Shown: in pieces, positions 37,549-46,845 of the stretch
How positions within the stretch are numbered: position 1 is the first letter of the stretch
Layout of the letters: each line of letters begins with the position of its first letter
IMG/VR virus record: IMGVR_UViG_3300009169_002640
Coordinates: 1-57,277 of that record
Source: a virus
Taxonomy: Duplodnaviria > Caudoviricetes
Direction: 5' to 3' (one strand)
Length of the DNA stretch: 57,277 nt
Position numbers and translations under genes: made by a program
The notes under the pieces: model-generated
Database searches by the model: none
The model's input: the letters and a program-made list of their open reading frames with translations, nothing else
Told to the model about the DNA's origin: nothing

Positions 37549-37880
37549 CATTCTCCTCCTCCTTCGGAGGCGTGTTGTGGGGCATCCGGCTTCTTCAGGT
37601 CGTTGCTCTTATTGAGGTGGTTCTTCGCCCGCTGCCACTCCGCCTCCGCAACAAGCACCCTCCGCTTTGCGCGCTCGATCAGGTACTCCTTCGCCTCCTC
37701 GAAGGTAGAGAAGATGATGCTGTCATCCCGCTCCTTTTTCTCCCTACATTCATGGGTGCTGCCATTTAGATACGTCGTGCGGACCACCGCGAAGGCCGCC
37801 GTATGGGATACCACCTGCACCGGCGCGATCTCTCCCTCACTCCACTTGGTCACCCGCCACATCGTTACCGTTTCACCCAT
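37548..37880 (-). CDS. hypothetical protein
   Basis: Coupled small ORF. Confidence 0.55.
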   Translation of the reverse strand: MGETVTMWRVTKWSEGEIAPVQVVSHTAAFAVVRTTYLNGSTHECREKKERDDSIIFSTFEEAKEYLIERAKRRVLVAEAEWQRAKNHLNKSNDLKKPDAPQHASEGGGE

Positions 37881-38445
37881 CACTCTTTCCTTTCGCCGCC
37901 GCGTCGTAGGCGGCGAGTGCATCTCTAAGGGGTACAATACTCGTCACGCCAGACCAGGGGCTAGGCGCGGCCAGCACGTTAGCCAGCCCATCCGCGACCT
38001 CCCGCCACTTCTTGACCTCCGCCTGAAGGGTTGCGATGTCCGTTGCCAACAGTTCCGGGCCTACCTCTGCCTCTATTGCGTCCAGCCTCTTCGCGAGCGC
38101 GGTGAAGCCCCCGCCGGCCAGAAACTCGACAACGATGGCCTCGTCGCTACCTGCCCTGATCGCACCCCACACCTTGACCGCTTGGTGCGACCACTCGTGG
38201 AAGAGAGCGTGGGCGCGATTCCATCGGTTGTTCAGCTTCGCGATCTCTGCCTCCAACTCCACGACGCGGGCCTCCGCCGCCTCCGCGCGGGCGGCCACGT
38301 CTGGATAGGCGCAATCTCGGCACTCATAGTCCATCACCTCCCGATCCCACACAGCACAGCGCGGGTTCCAGGGACCCGCGAGGGCAGGCCAATCGTCGGG
38401 CGGGAAGTCCTGTCGCTTACTGCACGGACGGTACTCAGCCATCAC
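37873..38445 (-). CDS. hypothetical coiled-coil protein
   Basis: RAEAAEARVVELEAE pattern. Confidence 0.55.
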   Translation of the reverse strand: MMAEYRPCSKRQDFPPDDWPALAGPWNPRCAVWDREVMDYECRDCAYPDVAARAEAAEARVVELEAEIAKLNNRWNRAHALFHEWSHQAVKVWGAIRAGSDEAIVVEFLAGGGFTALAKRLDAIEAEVGPELLATDIATLQAEVKKWREVADGLANVLAAPSPWSGVTSIVPLRDALAAYDAAAKGKSDG

Positions 38446-38848
38446 TCTCTCCTTTCAGCGCGCGCACCTTCTCCAGGGCAGCGAGAAAGGCGCGCGCCGT
38501 CGCTATCCTCTCCCAGATCGGGGTCACCAATTCTGCCCCAAGGTGGGCGCGCCCGAAGTCGTCCTGCCAGCGCATAATGGCGGAGGCAATAGACTTGAGT
38601 TGGTCCTCTAATCCCCTCGTCGCCTCTACCGCCTGCGGCAGCAGGTCCAGCACCTCGGCGAGGGGAAGCGCGCCGACGACTGCCATCTGCTTTTTGAGCC
38701 CTTTTGGCATCCCGTCCCGCGAGTCCTCAACGTATCGCACCTCAACAGGCTCACAATTAGGGTGAGGAGGCATCACCCATACCACTTTCTCTCCTGACCC
38801 AAGGATGTCTACGAAGCAGTGCCACTTCCCGTTCGGCAGTTCACTCAC
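38435..38848 (-). CDS. hypothetical protein
   Basis: GTG start with GAGGAG RBS. Confidence 0.5.
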   Translation of the reverse strand: MSELPNGKWHCFVDILGSGEKVVWVMPPHPNCEPVEVRYVEDSRDGMPKGLKKQMAVVGALPLAEVLDLLPQAVEATRGLEDQLKSIASAIMRWQDDFGRAHLGAELVTPIWERIATARAFLAALEKVRALKGESDG

Positions 38849-38888
38849 CGTTCGCTCCTCTCTGCGGCCTCCGCCGCCGTAAGCTCTA

Positions 38889-39731
38889 TCACACGAACAA
38901 CCCCGGCAATTCGCCCTGCTCGTCATAATCAACCCACTCATCCAACTCCTCATCAAATCGCCTCTCCGCCTCACGGAACTGCGGGAAGCGCGGAGGGTAT
39001 GGTCTGTCTCGGCTACACCACCAGTCGTACAGGTCGTCCGGCCCCGTGAACCGCTTGTAGATTTCGCGGTCCTCGCCTAGCTTATCCGCCCACATCTTAT
39101 GTAGGGCGCGACGCACATTCTCCCAAATGCGCGGCCAGCGGGCGATACTCTTGGCGACCCTGTTCTCGAAGGGACAGCACACGCACCCGATGCGGTGCCA
39201 ACCCTCACCGTAAAGCGATGGGTGGGGTAATTTTTCGGCGTGAATGAACTCCCACACTTCCGTCTCCGTCCAATCACGAATCGGGTGGAGCATCCGGCCT
39301 CCGGTGCGGCGGCACGTCTCCACCTGTCCGCGCTTCGCCCGCGAGGGGCTCTCCTCGGCGCGCACCCCAGTTAGGATGATCGCCCGACCACGCCCTCCTC
39401 CCTCCTTCAATTCATCGCAGCACCAGCGGTTTCGACGCGTTGGCACTCCCCGCCGCGCAACGTGCCAGTAGAAGGTATGAGCGGGATGCTCCCACCTCAC
39501 GGTGGGGTACTCTGTCCGCATGAATCGGCACACCTCCGGCGGGTCAATCGTCGTCACCGAGTAATGAGCGTCGAACTTCACTCCAGCCATCTCCGCGAGG
39601 CGATGCAGTACGATGCTGTCTTTACCGCCAGAAAAGGCAAGGTAGTAGCCCTCCTCTGGCTCCCAATGGCGCAGGAGGGCAATGGATATATCGAGGCGTG
39701 ACTTGCCTTGTAGAAGATCAAGCTGACTCAT
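38889..39731 (-). CDS. PAPS reductase family protein
   Basis: AFSGGKDS, RWCC..LK, TGVRAEES..R, HPI.DW, RIGCVCCP. Confidence 0.9.
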   Translation of the reverse strand: MSQLDLLQGKSRLDISIALLRHWEPEEGYYLAFSGGKDSIVLHRLAEMAGVKFDAHYSVTTIDPPEVCRFMRTEYPTVRWEHPAHTFYWHVARRGVPTRRNRWCCDELKEGGGRGRAIILTGVRAEESPSRAKRGQVETCRRTGGRMLHPIRDWTETEVWEFIHAEKLPHPSLYGEGWHRIGCVCCPFENRVAKSIARWPRIWENVRRALHKMWADKLGEDREIYKRFTGPDDLYDWWCSRDRPYPPRFPQFREAERRFDEELDEWVDYDEQGELPGLFV

Positions 39732-40138
39732 TCGGTCGCGGCCTCCGCCGCCGTAAGTTCTATCCGACAGCCCGGAGCCTCTCCCGCCAGGGCATACCGC
39801 TTGCGCGCCACCAGTTCCACGACTTGCTGATCTGTCGCCAGGAGTGCGGGGACCAGGCTATCCAAAGTCCCCTTGATGACGTTATCCAGGTCCGGCTTCT
39901 TGACGTGGGGAATCTCCCGCGTCTTGGGCACGCCCGATACCCGGCGCAGACGAAACTCCATGACAACGCGCGTGGGGCCGCTCAGTGAACCATGCTCTCG
40001 CGCCGCTTCAATCCCTGCCCAGTAGACCCGCTCGTGCCAAGCCTCCTTGGGGGAGTGTACGCGGATCCCCTCGCCGACGCGATAGGCGCGTGGTCGGGCC
40101 TGCGGCTTCGGTTCCCCTGGCACGTCAAGCACGATCAT
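39728..40138 (-). CDS. rusA: RusA-family Holliday junction resolvase
   Basis: PKPQARPR, KPDLDNVIKGTLDSL...DQQVV...K.Y. Confidence 0.85.
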   Translation of the reverse strand: MIVLDVPGEPKPQARPRAYRVGEGIRVHSPKEAWHERVYWAGIEAAREHGSLSGPTRVVMEFRLRRVSGVPKTREIPHVKKPDLDNVIKGTLDSLVPALLATDQQVVELVARKRYALAGEAPGCRIELTAAEAATE

Positions 40139-40353
40139 TGCGCCTTCTTCCCCGCCTCATACGCGGCGTTCGCTCCCGCAGTCAGGAACTGCCACCACGC
40201 CGTGTTATGTCGCTTGTGGTAATTCCGCAACGCCATCTCCAGTCGGTTCCACACCATGCGCCCCAGTGGGTTCGGGTCATGCGCCCAGAGCCATGTTACG
40301 GGCAGGTCCAGCGAGTAGACGAGGCGGGTCAACGTCCTGCGGTATAGCTTCAT
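40135..40353 (-). CDS. hypothetical protein
   Basis: Coupled small ORF. Confidence 0.5.
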   Translation of the reverse strand: MKLYRRTLTRLVYSLDLPVTWLWAHDPNPLGRMVWNRLEMALRNYHKRHNTAWWQFLTAGANAAYEAGKKAQ

Positions 40354-40661
40354 TACGCCCTCAGCGCTAGGTTTGGACGGTCCTCAACGAACTTCTCGCC
40401 GCCGTCCACGTCGCGCACCTTCCATCCTGCTTCCTGGCGGCTGATGATTCCGGCGTTGACCAGCACCCGTTCCAGGATCGCGCATTGCTCGCGCAGTTGG
40501 CATAACTCCCGCCAGATCGCCTGGTTTGCTTGGTCGGCGGGGCTGTACGCTGCCTTCACTTCGCATGACTCCCTGTCCGCGTTGTGTTCCTCCGCAAGCG
40601 TCCGTAGCCTCGCTCTCAGTTGTCCTTGCTGCCGTCTCGCCTTCCAGTTCTCAAACATCAT
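40353..40661 (-). CDS. hypothetical protein
   Basis: GGAGG RBS before ATG 40661. Confidence 0.5.
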   Translation of the reverse strand: MMFENWKARRQQGQLRARLRTLAEEHNADRESCEVKAAYSPADQANQAIWRELCQLREQCAILERVLVNAGIISRQEAGWKVRDVDGGEKFVEDRPNLALRA

Positions 40662-40814
40662 CGTCCTCCATTTCCTTTTCTTCGGCACATTGAGGGCAGA
40701 ATGGCCCCCCGTAATCGAAAGTTGGCACCTGACACGACAAACACAGGTGAGCGCCACAACGGCGGCAGTTGGCGTCATTCCCGCAATCGGCGAACCCGCC
40801 GCAAACGTCGCACC

Positions 40815-41006
40815 TCATTGCGCCTCCCTCCCCGCCTCATACGCGGCGCTGAGGTTCGCGTCTGCATCGGCGGCCCATTTCTGGATCGCCCCTTCGATCA
40901 CCGCCCGCGCGTCGAGCAGGTCCGCCATCCCCGCGCTATAGGGCTGGCCCTCGCGGTCGAGCGCGGTCACAGCCTCAGTGCCAAGGTTCACTTGTATGAT
41001 GGTCAT
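40815..41006 (-). CDS. hypothetical protein
   Basis: GGAGG RBS; coupled ORF. Confidence 0.5.
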   Translation of the reverse strand: MTIIQVNLGTEAVTALDREGQPYSAGMADLLDARAVIEGAIQKWAADADANLSAAYEAGREAQ

Positions 41007-41872
41007 CCGTTCACCTCCAGCAGCCTTCCTTGCGCCGGGCTATCCGTGCGCTCTACTCTGCCCGCGTCGAATTCCTCCAGGGGAATCTTCCCCCCGTGGT
41101 AGATGTGTCGCGCCCAGTAGCGGCAGAAGCGGCGAAGAGTTCCGTCCGTCCATCCCGGCCCCACATAGGAGTTCTTTATCAGTGAGTCAAGGGGCTGATA
41201 CCGCATAGGATTGGGTAACACGCCTGCATCATGGAGAGTCTGACACCGATAGCCTGCGTCCTCCGGGGAATCATTGAAGCCCACCAGAACGTAGCAGCGC
41301 AGGTCGCGAAATCCGTGTTTCTTTGCCACCTCTATTGCCTTCATCACCGCCGACTCGTAGCGCATATCATCCCAGGCGAAGCGCGGGTGCATGGGTAATT
41401 CGGAGAGACGCGCCGCTTTCGCGTCCGTGAAGAGGCTAGCCTGTAACCCCTGGTTGAAATCTACAAACGGCAATGCCTTGAGGCGGTCTACCGCGCGGTT
41501 GAAATGCGCCGCGCTGGTTGCGAGGAAATTGTCATCACAGACGCAAGGGGCGACATCCCACTCCGCTAGCTCTACAAGGGGACGATGCTCGTTCACACAG
41601 AAGCGGCAGGCATTCGGGCAGCCCTGCGAGGTTCGCGTGGCAAGCGGGTTGTGCAGGCGCAGGGGGACAATCGGGGCGGCATCCTGCCCAATCTCACAGA
41701 CGCTCGCGAGGTAGTCAGGGAGGAGTTCCACCGCGGGACCGCCAGCGACCACGCGCCCCTTCGTGGCATCAGCGATTCGCCGCGCCTCCGGTAGCAGCCA
41801 CGTGAAGGGGACGCTCAGGTAGGTCGTTCCTCCCATGCGCCACTGCTTTATGCCCTTGTGCCACGCGTACAT
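41003..41872 (-). CDS. radical SAM protein
   Basis: RTSQGCPNACRFC (CxxxCxxC), DDNF, VDFNQG, YVLVGF. Confidence 0.88.
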   Translation of the reverse strand: MYAWHKGIKQWRMGGTTYLSVPFTWLLPEARRIADATKGRVVAGGPAVELLPDYLASVCEIGQDAAPIVPLRLHNPLATRTSQGCPNACRFCVNEHRPLVELAEWDVAPCVCDDNFLATSAAHFNRAVDRLKALPFVDFNQGLQASLFTDAKAARLSELPMHPRFAWDDMRYESAVMKAIEVAKKHGFRDLRCYVLVGFNDSPEDAGYRCQTLHDAGVLPNPMRYQPLDSLIKNSYVGPGWTDGTLRRFCRYWARHIYHGGKIPLEEFDAGRVERTDSPAQGRLLEVNG

Positions 41873-42666
41873 TAGATGCTCTCCAGCAGCCTTCCTTGCG
41901 CCCGCGCCCGCCGCAGGCGTTCCTCGATCAACTTCGCGTAGACCGGCGAGAGTTCGCAGCCAGCAAACATCCTGCCCAGGTTATGCGCGGCTACTCCTGT
42001 GCTGCCCGATCCTGCGAAAGGGTCCAATACCATATCCCCAGGCCAGGAGTAGAGCTTAATCAACCTGCCCGCGAGCTCTACGGGGAACGCCGCGGGGTGA
42101 GTTCTATTGGTCTCCGGGTTGACGCGCCACAGGTTAGAGGTTCCGAAGGTAAACTCGGAAGAGCAAAGATCGGATTTCGCCCCTCGCGGGTTTGGCAGAT
42201 CGAAGCGCCCTTTGCTGAACACCAGGATAGATTCTTGGTGGTCTCGCAGGCATGGATTGGAGGGGCTGCACCACGTTCCCCAGGCGGTGGAGTTCTTCTG
42301 TGCCGCCCCCTTATCCCAGATGATTCCGCCGCGCAGGAGTAGCCCCGCCTGCACACCAAGCAGCGTGTAGAACGCCTCTAGGGGATATGCGGGGGAACGC
42401 CCGATGTAGCTTGCGACGTTGATCGCTAACCTCCCGCCTTCACAAAGCACGCGAGGAATCTCTGCCATCCACAAGCGCGCCCAGTCCTCATACTCCGGCC
42501 AGGGGCGCTGATCGCAGATGCCTTCCCCGTAATCAATCCCCGCGTTGTAGGGCGGAGAGGTAACGCATATCTGGGCGTATCCCCCTGGAAGGGATCGCAG
42601 CCACGGGATGCAGTCCCCACAGTGGAGGCCGAGGAAGTCGCGGTCGGTGAGGGCGGGGGCGGTCAC
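41872..42666 (-). CDS. N4-cytosine/N6-adenine DNA methyltransferase (beta class)
   Basis: TSPPY precedes HPAAFP and VLDPFAGSGST. Confidence 0.92.
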   Translation of the reverse strand: MTAPALTDRDFLGLHCGDCIPWLRSLPGGYAQICVTSPPYNAGIDYGEGICDQRPWPEYEDWARLWMAEIPRVLCEGGRLAINVASYIGRSPAYPLEAFYTLLGVQAGLLLRGGIIWDKGAAQKNSTAWGTWCSPSNPCLRDHQESILVFSKGRFDLPNPRGAKSDLCSSEFTFGTSNLWRVNPETNRTHPAAFPVELAGRLIKLYSWPGDMVLDPFAGSGSTGVAAHNLGRMFAGCELSPVYAKLIEERLRRARAQGRLLESI

Positions 42667-43121
42667 TCAGCCTCCTCCAGTGCTTTCTCCAGCCACGCCT
42701 TCACCACGTCTCCGTGGCAGGGCTTCGGCGCACACCAGCAGGCCAACACGAGGTCGCCGGAGCGGGCTAGAGAGAGAAGGCGGGTGAGTTCGGCGCAAAT
42801 GCTTGGAGCGCCATCTTTGGCACACTCCACCAGCATAGACTGGTACATTTGGATAGACTGTTTCCGGGTTAGGCCGCCGCCGTGCGTGAAGCAGTGCCAA
42901 GTGATTCCGCGGCCCGAATCTGGATGGTTCGGGTTATCAATAACGACCTGTATTCTCCACCTAATCCCGCCGATCACGAACAGATTCGCCAGCGGGCTCT
43001 CGGCCAGCCCGTACCGCTTGTTGGCCCGCCCGATGTAGACGACGCGCTCCGGTAGCACGCAGGGGGTAACGCCAGAACCATCGCGGATGTAGTCCCGGAT
43101 GTGGGCGACGGTGATCGTCAT
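42663..43121 (-). CDS. DUF4326-like protein
   Basis: VYIGR....SPLANLF...LACWCAPKPCHGDV. Confidence 0.8.
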   Translation of the reverse strand: MTITVAHIRDYIRDGSGVTPCVLPERVVYIGRANKRYGLAESPLANLFVIGGIRWRIQVVIDNPNHPDSGRGITWHCFTHGGGLTRKQSIQMYQSMLVECAKDGAPSICAELTRLLSLARSGDLVLACWCAPKPCHGDVVKAWLEKALEEAE

Positions 43122-43333
43122 CTCGCCTCCTCCGGGTGGCAGACCCTACACTTCGGCAAGGGGTCGCAGTAGGCCGCCCCCGCTTCATCCACGCTCATGG
43201 TCATGGAGTCGCGAACGAGGTGGCAGGTTCCCGGCGCGTGTTCGCCATCCTCGTAGCAGGCGACGCGATGGATAGCGCGGCCGCGCGGGGTTCCTTGGCC
43301 GTCGCAGGTAATGCCCTCGTGGTGCCAGATCAC
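43118..43333 (-). CDS. small Cys/His-rich hypothetical protein
   Basis: Coupled ORF. Confidence 0.45.
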   Translation of the reverse strand: MIWHHEGITCDGQGTPRGRAIHRVACYEDGEHAPGTCHLVRDSMTMSVDEAGAAYCDPLPKCRVCHPEEAR

Positions 43334-43593
43334 TCTGCCTCCTCCGCCTCCATCAACCGATGCAACGCCAGTTCGCTCGTCCCCTTCAGTGCCATGTCCA
43401 TCTCGTACAGCCGCGCCATACGGAAGCAGTCAACCTCCCCGCACGTGTCGCAGCTTTCTTTCCAGTGAAGTTGGCATCTGCCGGGCCACTCCGTCAGCGC
43501 GGCTCGCACCGACTCCAACACTCGCCGGTCCACGAGAACAACGTCGTCCGTCAGGACCCTGCCGGGTCCCGTGCCGGGTCGCCAGCCGCTCAT
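43330..43593 (-). CDS. hypothetical protein
   Basis: Coupled ORF; CQLH..CDTC. Confidence 0.45.
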   Translation of the reverse strand: MSGWRPGTGPGRVLTDDVVLVDRRVLESVRAALTEWPGRCQLHWKESCDTCGEVDCFRMARLYEMDMALKGTSELALHRLMEAEEAE

Positions 43594-44033
43594 GGCTTCG
43601 CCCCCAACGCGCGGAGGGCGGCTATCGCGATACCGATAGGACACTCAGGCCGGTGTCTGACATCCTCCGCCGCGGCATAATGAGGAACCGCCCCGTATAT
43701 GTGCATACAACATCCACAATACGTCCTAGTGCTCCCCTCGTGCGCCCAAATTGACTTTTCGGTGATGACTCGCAACGCTTCCATCGCCTTCTCCACGCAC
43801 CCGGCCTCCGGCTCCGCGCCTTCCTCGAAGCGGAGGTAGGCGAGCGCGGCGCGGGCCATCGCCTCCCGCACGTCTCGCTCATGCTCCTCACGAAGACGGG
43901 CAATCTCCTCCTTCCAGGCTGCCTCGTCCTGCATAGTAGTTACGCCGTCCCTAACGGGGAAGGTCCTAGTCGGGTTCCAGATAGCGTGAGCACGCGCCGC
44001 CTCTATCGCCTTCGCCAAGCCCTCGATGCTCAT
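43590..44033 (-). CDS. hypothetical protein
   Basis: Coupled ORF; CGCC..H..C. Confidence 0.5.
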   Translation of the reverse strand: MSIEGLAKAIEAARAHAIWNPTRTFPVRDGVTTMQDEAAWKEEIARLREEHERDVREAMARAALAYLRFEEGAEPEAGCVEKAMEALRVITEKSIWAHEGSTRTYCGCCMHIYGAVPHYAAAEDVRHRPECPIGIAIAALRALGAKP

Positions 44034-44215
44034 TCTCCATCCTCCCTGATCGCGTTCACGCGGCGGCGCAAGTCCTTCATGTTGCCTGCCACAATTAGCA
44101 AACGGCCCCTCTCGTCGAACAGCGCCGCGTCGCCTTGATGGTCGTAGAACCGCACAATCCTGAAGCCGCGTCGCTTCACCCACCTCCGTAGCTCTATCGC
44201 GTTCTTGAGTTTCAC
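44030..44215 (-). CDS. hypothetical protein
   Basis: GGAGG RBS; coupled ORF. Confidence 0.5.
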   Translation of the reverse strand: MKLKNAIELRRWVKRRGFRIVRFYDHQGDAALFDERGRLLIVAGNMKDLRRRVNAIREDGE

Positions 44216-44649
44216 TTTACCTCCAATCCCCGCAGGACGCGCTGCGCGCTACTGATACGCCGCTCCAGTTCGGCCGCGGTCTTCTTGGGGTCAATCGTGA
44301 TCATCCCCCGCGAGCAGGCGAGCCTATCGCCGACCATGCGGGCTTCCGCAAAAGCCTCCTGTCCCTCCGGGTTCAGATAGCAGATCAGGGAGTGGGCGTG
44401 GTCTCCGTGGTCCTCCAGAATCGCCATGAACTTTTGGAGCGCGGCCAGCGCGTGTCCCGCGAAGGTCACTATCATCTCCGCTTCGGTTTCCTCGACGCCG
44501 TACGCGTCGCACTCGGCAGGGATGATCTCCCAGGTGACTCCCGCGGGAGGCGAGTTCTCCTCGCGCGCTAGGTGCGTCACCAGGGAATTCATCCGTTTGG
44601 CTGTTCCGCTCAGTACCCATCTCGGTTCGCAGTGCAAGTGTTTCATCAC
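44212..44649 (-). CDS. hypothetical protein
   Basis: Coupled ORF. Confidence 0.5.
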   Translation of the reverse strand: MMKHLHCEPRWVLSGTAKRMNSLVTHLAREENSPPAGVTWEIIPAECDAYGVEETEAEMIVTFAGHALAALQKFMAILEDHGDHAHSLICYLNPEGQEAFAEARMVGDRLACSRGMITIDPKKTAAELERRISSAQRVLRGLEVK

Positions 44650-45239
44650 TCACTCTCCTCTTCGGCAATGAACTGCCGCGCCAGCGACCGCACACGGCCG
44701 ATCGCGGCGAGGTCCCGTGCGAGGTCAGCCTCGACCGCTGGCCAGGTGACTTGCCCGTAACCATCCACAACGTGATCGCACTCATTGTGCTGGAGGCACG
44801 CATCGGTTCGCCTCGCCGCAATCAGGCGGTCCAGCACGTCGGTGAACTTTCTTCGCGTTGCCTCCAGTTCCGTCTGTATCCGCCCCACCTCCGCGAGCAG
44901 AAACTCCACGTCCTCCCACGCGTGGGCGATGGCCTGCGCGTCGGGATGGGTGATCTCCACGATCTCGCCGCTGTATTCCTTGACGAGCGCGTGTCTCTCG
45001 TCGAGTTTCGAGACTGGCGTCATGCGGCCGTCCCCGGCATTCTCACCCTCGGCGCAGACCTGGAAGCGCGGCTCGGCCCTTTGCATCCCGCTACGCACGA
45101 AGTCCATCACATATATCCGACCACGATTTTGCGTCGCCAGGTAGATGTTCTGGCCCCGGTATCCAAACCACCTCCACGGCCCTCGCGTCGCCGCTGTGTG
45201 CCGCACCCTGATCTCGTCAAGTTGCTCTGCTCGCGTCAT
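44646..45239 (-). CDS. hypothetical phage protein (Ea22-like N-terminus)
   Basis: LDEIR.R..AAT.GPW...PDA..IAHA..DV..LLAEV. Confidence 0.6.
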   Translation of the reverse strand: MTRAEQLDEIRVRHTAATRGPWRWFGYRGQNIYLATQNRGRIYVMDFVRSGMQRAEPRFQVCAEGENAGDGRMTPVSKLDERHALVKEYSGEIVEITHPDAQAIAHAWEDVEFLLAEVGRIQTELEATRRKFTDVLDRLIAARRTDACLQHNECDHVVDGYGQVTWPAVEADLARDLAAIGRVRSLARQFIAEEESE

Positions 45240-45841
45240 GTCCTCACTCTCCCTTCGGTGCAACCATCGGTTGCTGTCATTCTCGGATACCACCTGCCTT
45301 CAATTTCTAGATGAGGCAAGCCCATCGCAGGCTTTCTAGGAAGCGGCTTCTTTCCGCACGCCTCGCTCCGCCAGAAGAAGTCACATCCTCCGCACCGCAC
45401 CTCCTCCCGCACTCCCGCTGCCGTCGCCGCAGGGGTCGCGCTCGGCATGGGCTTGAGTATCCGCTCCGGTTCCGCCGCGAGAACCCCCGTGCTTCTATGC
45501 TGCTCCCGCTCCGCCTGTTGCTGCAAGGCCACCGTCATGGCTCGATACCAGCGCGCCAGCCGTGGCGTCGTCTCTCCCCGGCAGGCAGGGCAGAGGTAGG
45601 CATAGCGCGGCTGCTCCGGCATCCCGTATAGCACTGACTTCCCGCGCGCCCCGATCAGTTCTTCGTCCGTCTCCTCCGGGCGATACTTGGGTAGGGACAC
45701 CAACCCGGAGTCGCGGCAGTAGCGACACTCGTAGACCGGGACCGTGCGGCCGTTCACCGTCTGGTAGCGCGGCTTGGGCTGCTGCCAACGGCGGACGGGA
45801 GTAGTGGTTTCTGCCGGTTCGCTTCGGACGTTGGTTCGCAT
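45236..45841 (-). CDS. zinc-finger protein next to the initiator
   Basis: YECRYCRDSG..YLCPAC. Confidence 0.55.
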   Translation of the reverse strand: MRTNVRSEPAETTTPVRRWQQPKPRYQTVNGRTVPVYECRYCRDSGLVSLPKYRPEETDEELIGARGKSVLYGMPEQPRYAYLCPACRGETTPRLARWYRAMTVALQQQAEREQHRSTGVLAAEPERILKPMPSATPAATAAGVREEVRCGGCDFFWRSEACGKKPLPRKPAMGLPHLEIEGRWYPRMTATDGCTEGRVRT

Positions 45842-45842
45842 C

Positions 45843-46601
45843 CTATCGTATTCCTCGTCGCTTCTGCACCGCGATGCAGAGCGCGTTCCAGTTGCTCTCG
45901 AACAGCGACCAGTTTGCCGAGGACTTGTCCCCGCGAATCCGGTGGTCGAAGAATTCGTCAACCAAGTCCTTGAAGTCGTGGATATCATAGAGCAGGTGGC
46001 CAGAATCATCCGTTTCAGCCTCGCGCTCCGCCAGAAATCCAGCCGCGCGCCCGAAGGGCATGACGGGCTTGGGTAGGTTGGTGTGCTGCCTGAGCCGGAA
46101 GTAGTAGTACCGCAAAGCCCACTGGCTCGGCGGCAGGTCCGTTTCTGCCGGCGAGGGGAATGCGTTAGCATTCCCTACATTGGCAACGGCAACGGCAACG
46201 GCAACGGCACGACCTAACTTTTCGGAATTTCCTCCCGAAGACTTCACAAGATGCTTCTGAGTTTTTTCCGATAACTTCTCAAGAATATCGGGAGGGGGGA
46301 GGGGGGAGCGCGGCTTCGAGTTGTAGCTCATCTTCTGCCAGTCTTGCCAGTTGATGAAGACGTAGTATTCGCCTCCATCGGCGGAGTAGGAGGCCAGCAC
46401 CTCGGCTTCCTCCAGCATCAGGAGTCGGTCACGCACCGCGAACTCGTCCAGCCCGAGGTGCTTTCCGATCACCTCCGGCCTCGCTGGGAACAGCCCATAG
46501 TTGTCGCAGTAAGCGGTCAGGCAATAGAAGAACACGTCCCGCGTCGCGCTGTCCCACGGCTTGTTGTAGATCTTGTGCCCGTCAACAATTCGCCTTGCCA
46601 T
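45843..46601 (-). CDS. probable phage replication initiator
   Basis: MARR...L..YCDNYG...L.E.....Y..DG..Y..F.NW..WQ N-terminal domain followed by a low-complexity linker. Confidence 0.7.
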   Translation of the reverse strand: MARRIVDGHKIYNKPWDSATRDVFFYCLTAYCDNYGLFPARPEVIGKHLGLDEFAVRDRLLMLEEAEVLASYSADGGEYYVFINWQDWQKMSYNSKPRSPLPPPDILEKLSEKTQKHLVKSSGGNSEKLGRAVAVAVAVANVGNANAFPSPAETDLPPSQWALRYYYFRLRQHTNLPKPVMPFGRAAGFLAEREAETDDSGHLLYDIHDFKDLVDEFFDHRIRGDKSSANWSLFESNWNALCIAVQKRRGIR

Positions 46602-46619
46602 TCCCTCGCCTCTCTAGCC

Positions 46620-46841
46620 CTACTTCAGTGATCCGCACCGCAGGCACAGGCGGACCCGTACCTCTCGCGCGAGCCCCCGTGCTTCTGCCAGGGTCATCTC
46701 CTCGCACATCCTGGCTCGGCATACCTCAGTTAAACACTCCCGGTCTTCGTGGAGCGTCTCCGGCTGCCGGGATTGAGGGCTCCAGTAGTACCGCTTCCGC
46801 CTCAAGTCACTCGGATTCAGTCCCTCTCGCATTTCTCTCAC
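46620..46841 (-). CDS. small hypothetical protein
   Basis: GGAGG RBS; CLRC motif. Confidence 0.5.
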   Translation of the reverse strand: MREMREGLNPSDLRRKRYYWSPQSRQPETLHEDRECLTEVCRARMCEEMTLAEARGLAREVRVRLCLRCGSLK

Positions 46842-46845
46842 CTCC

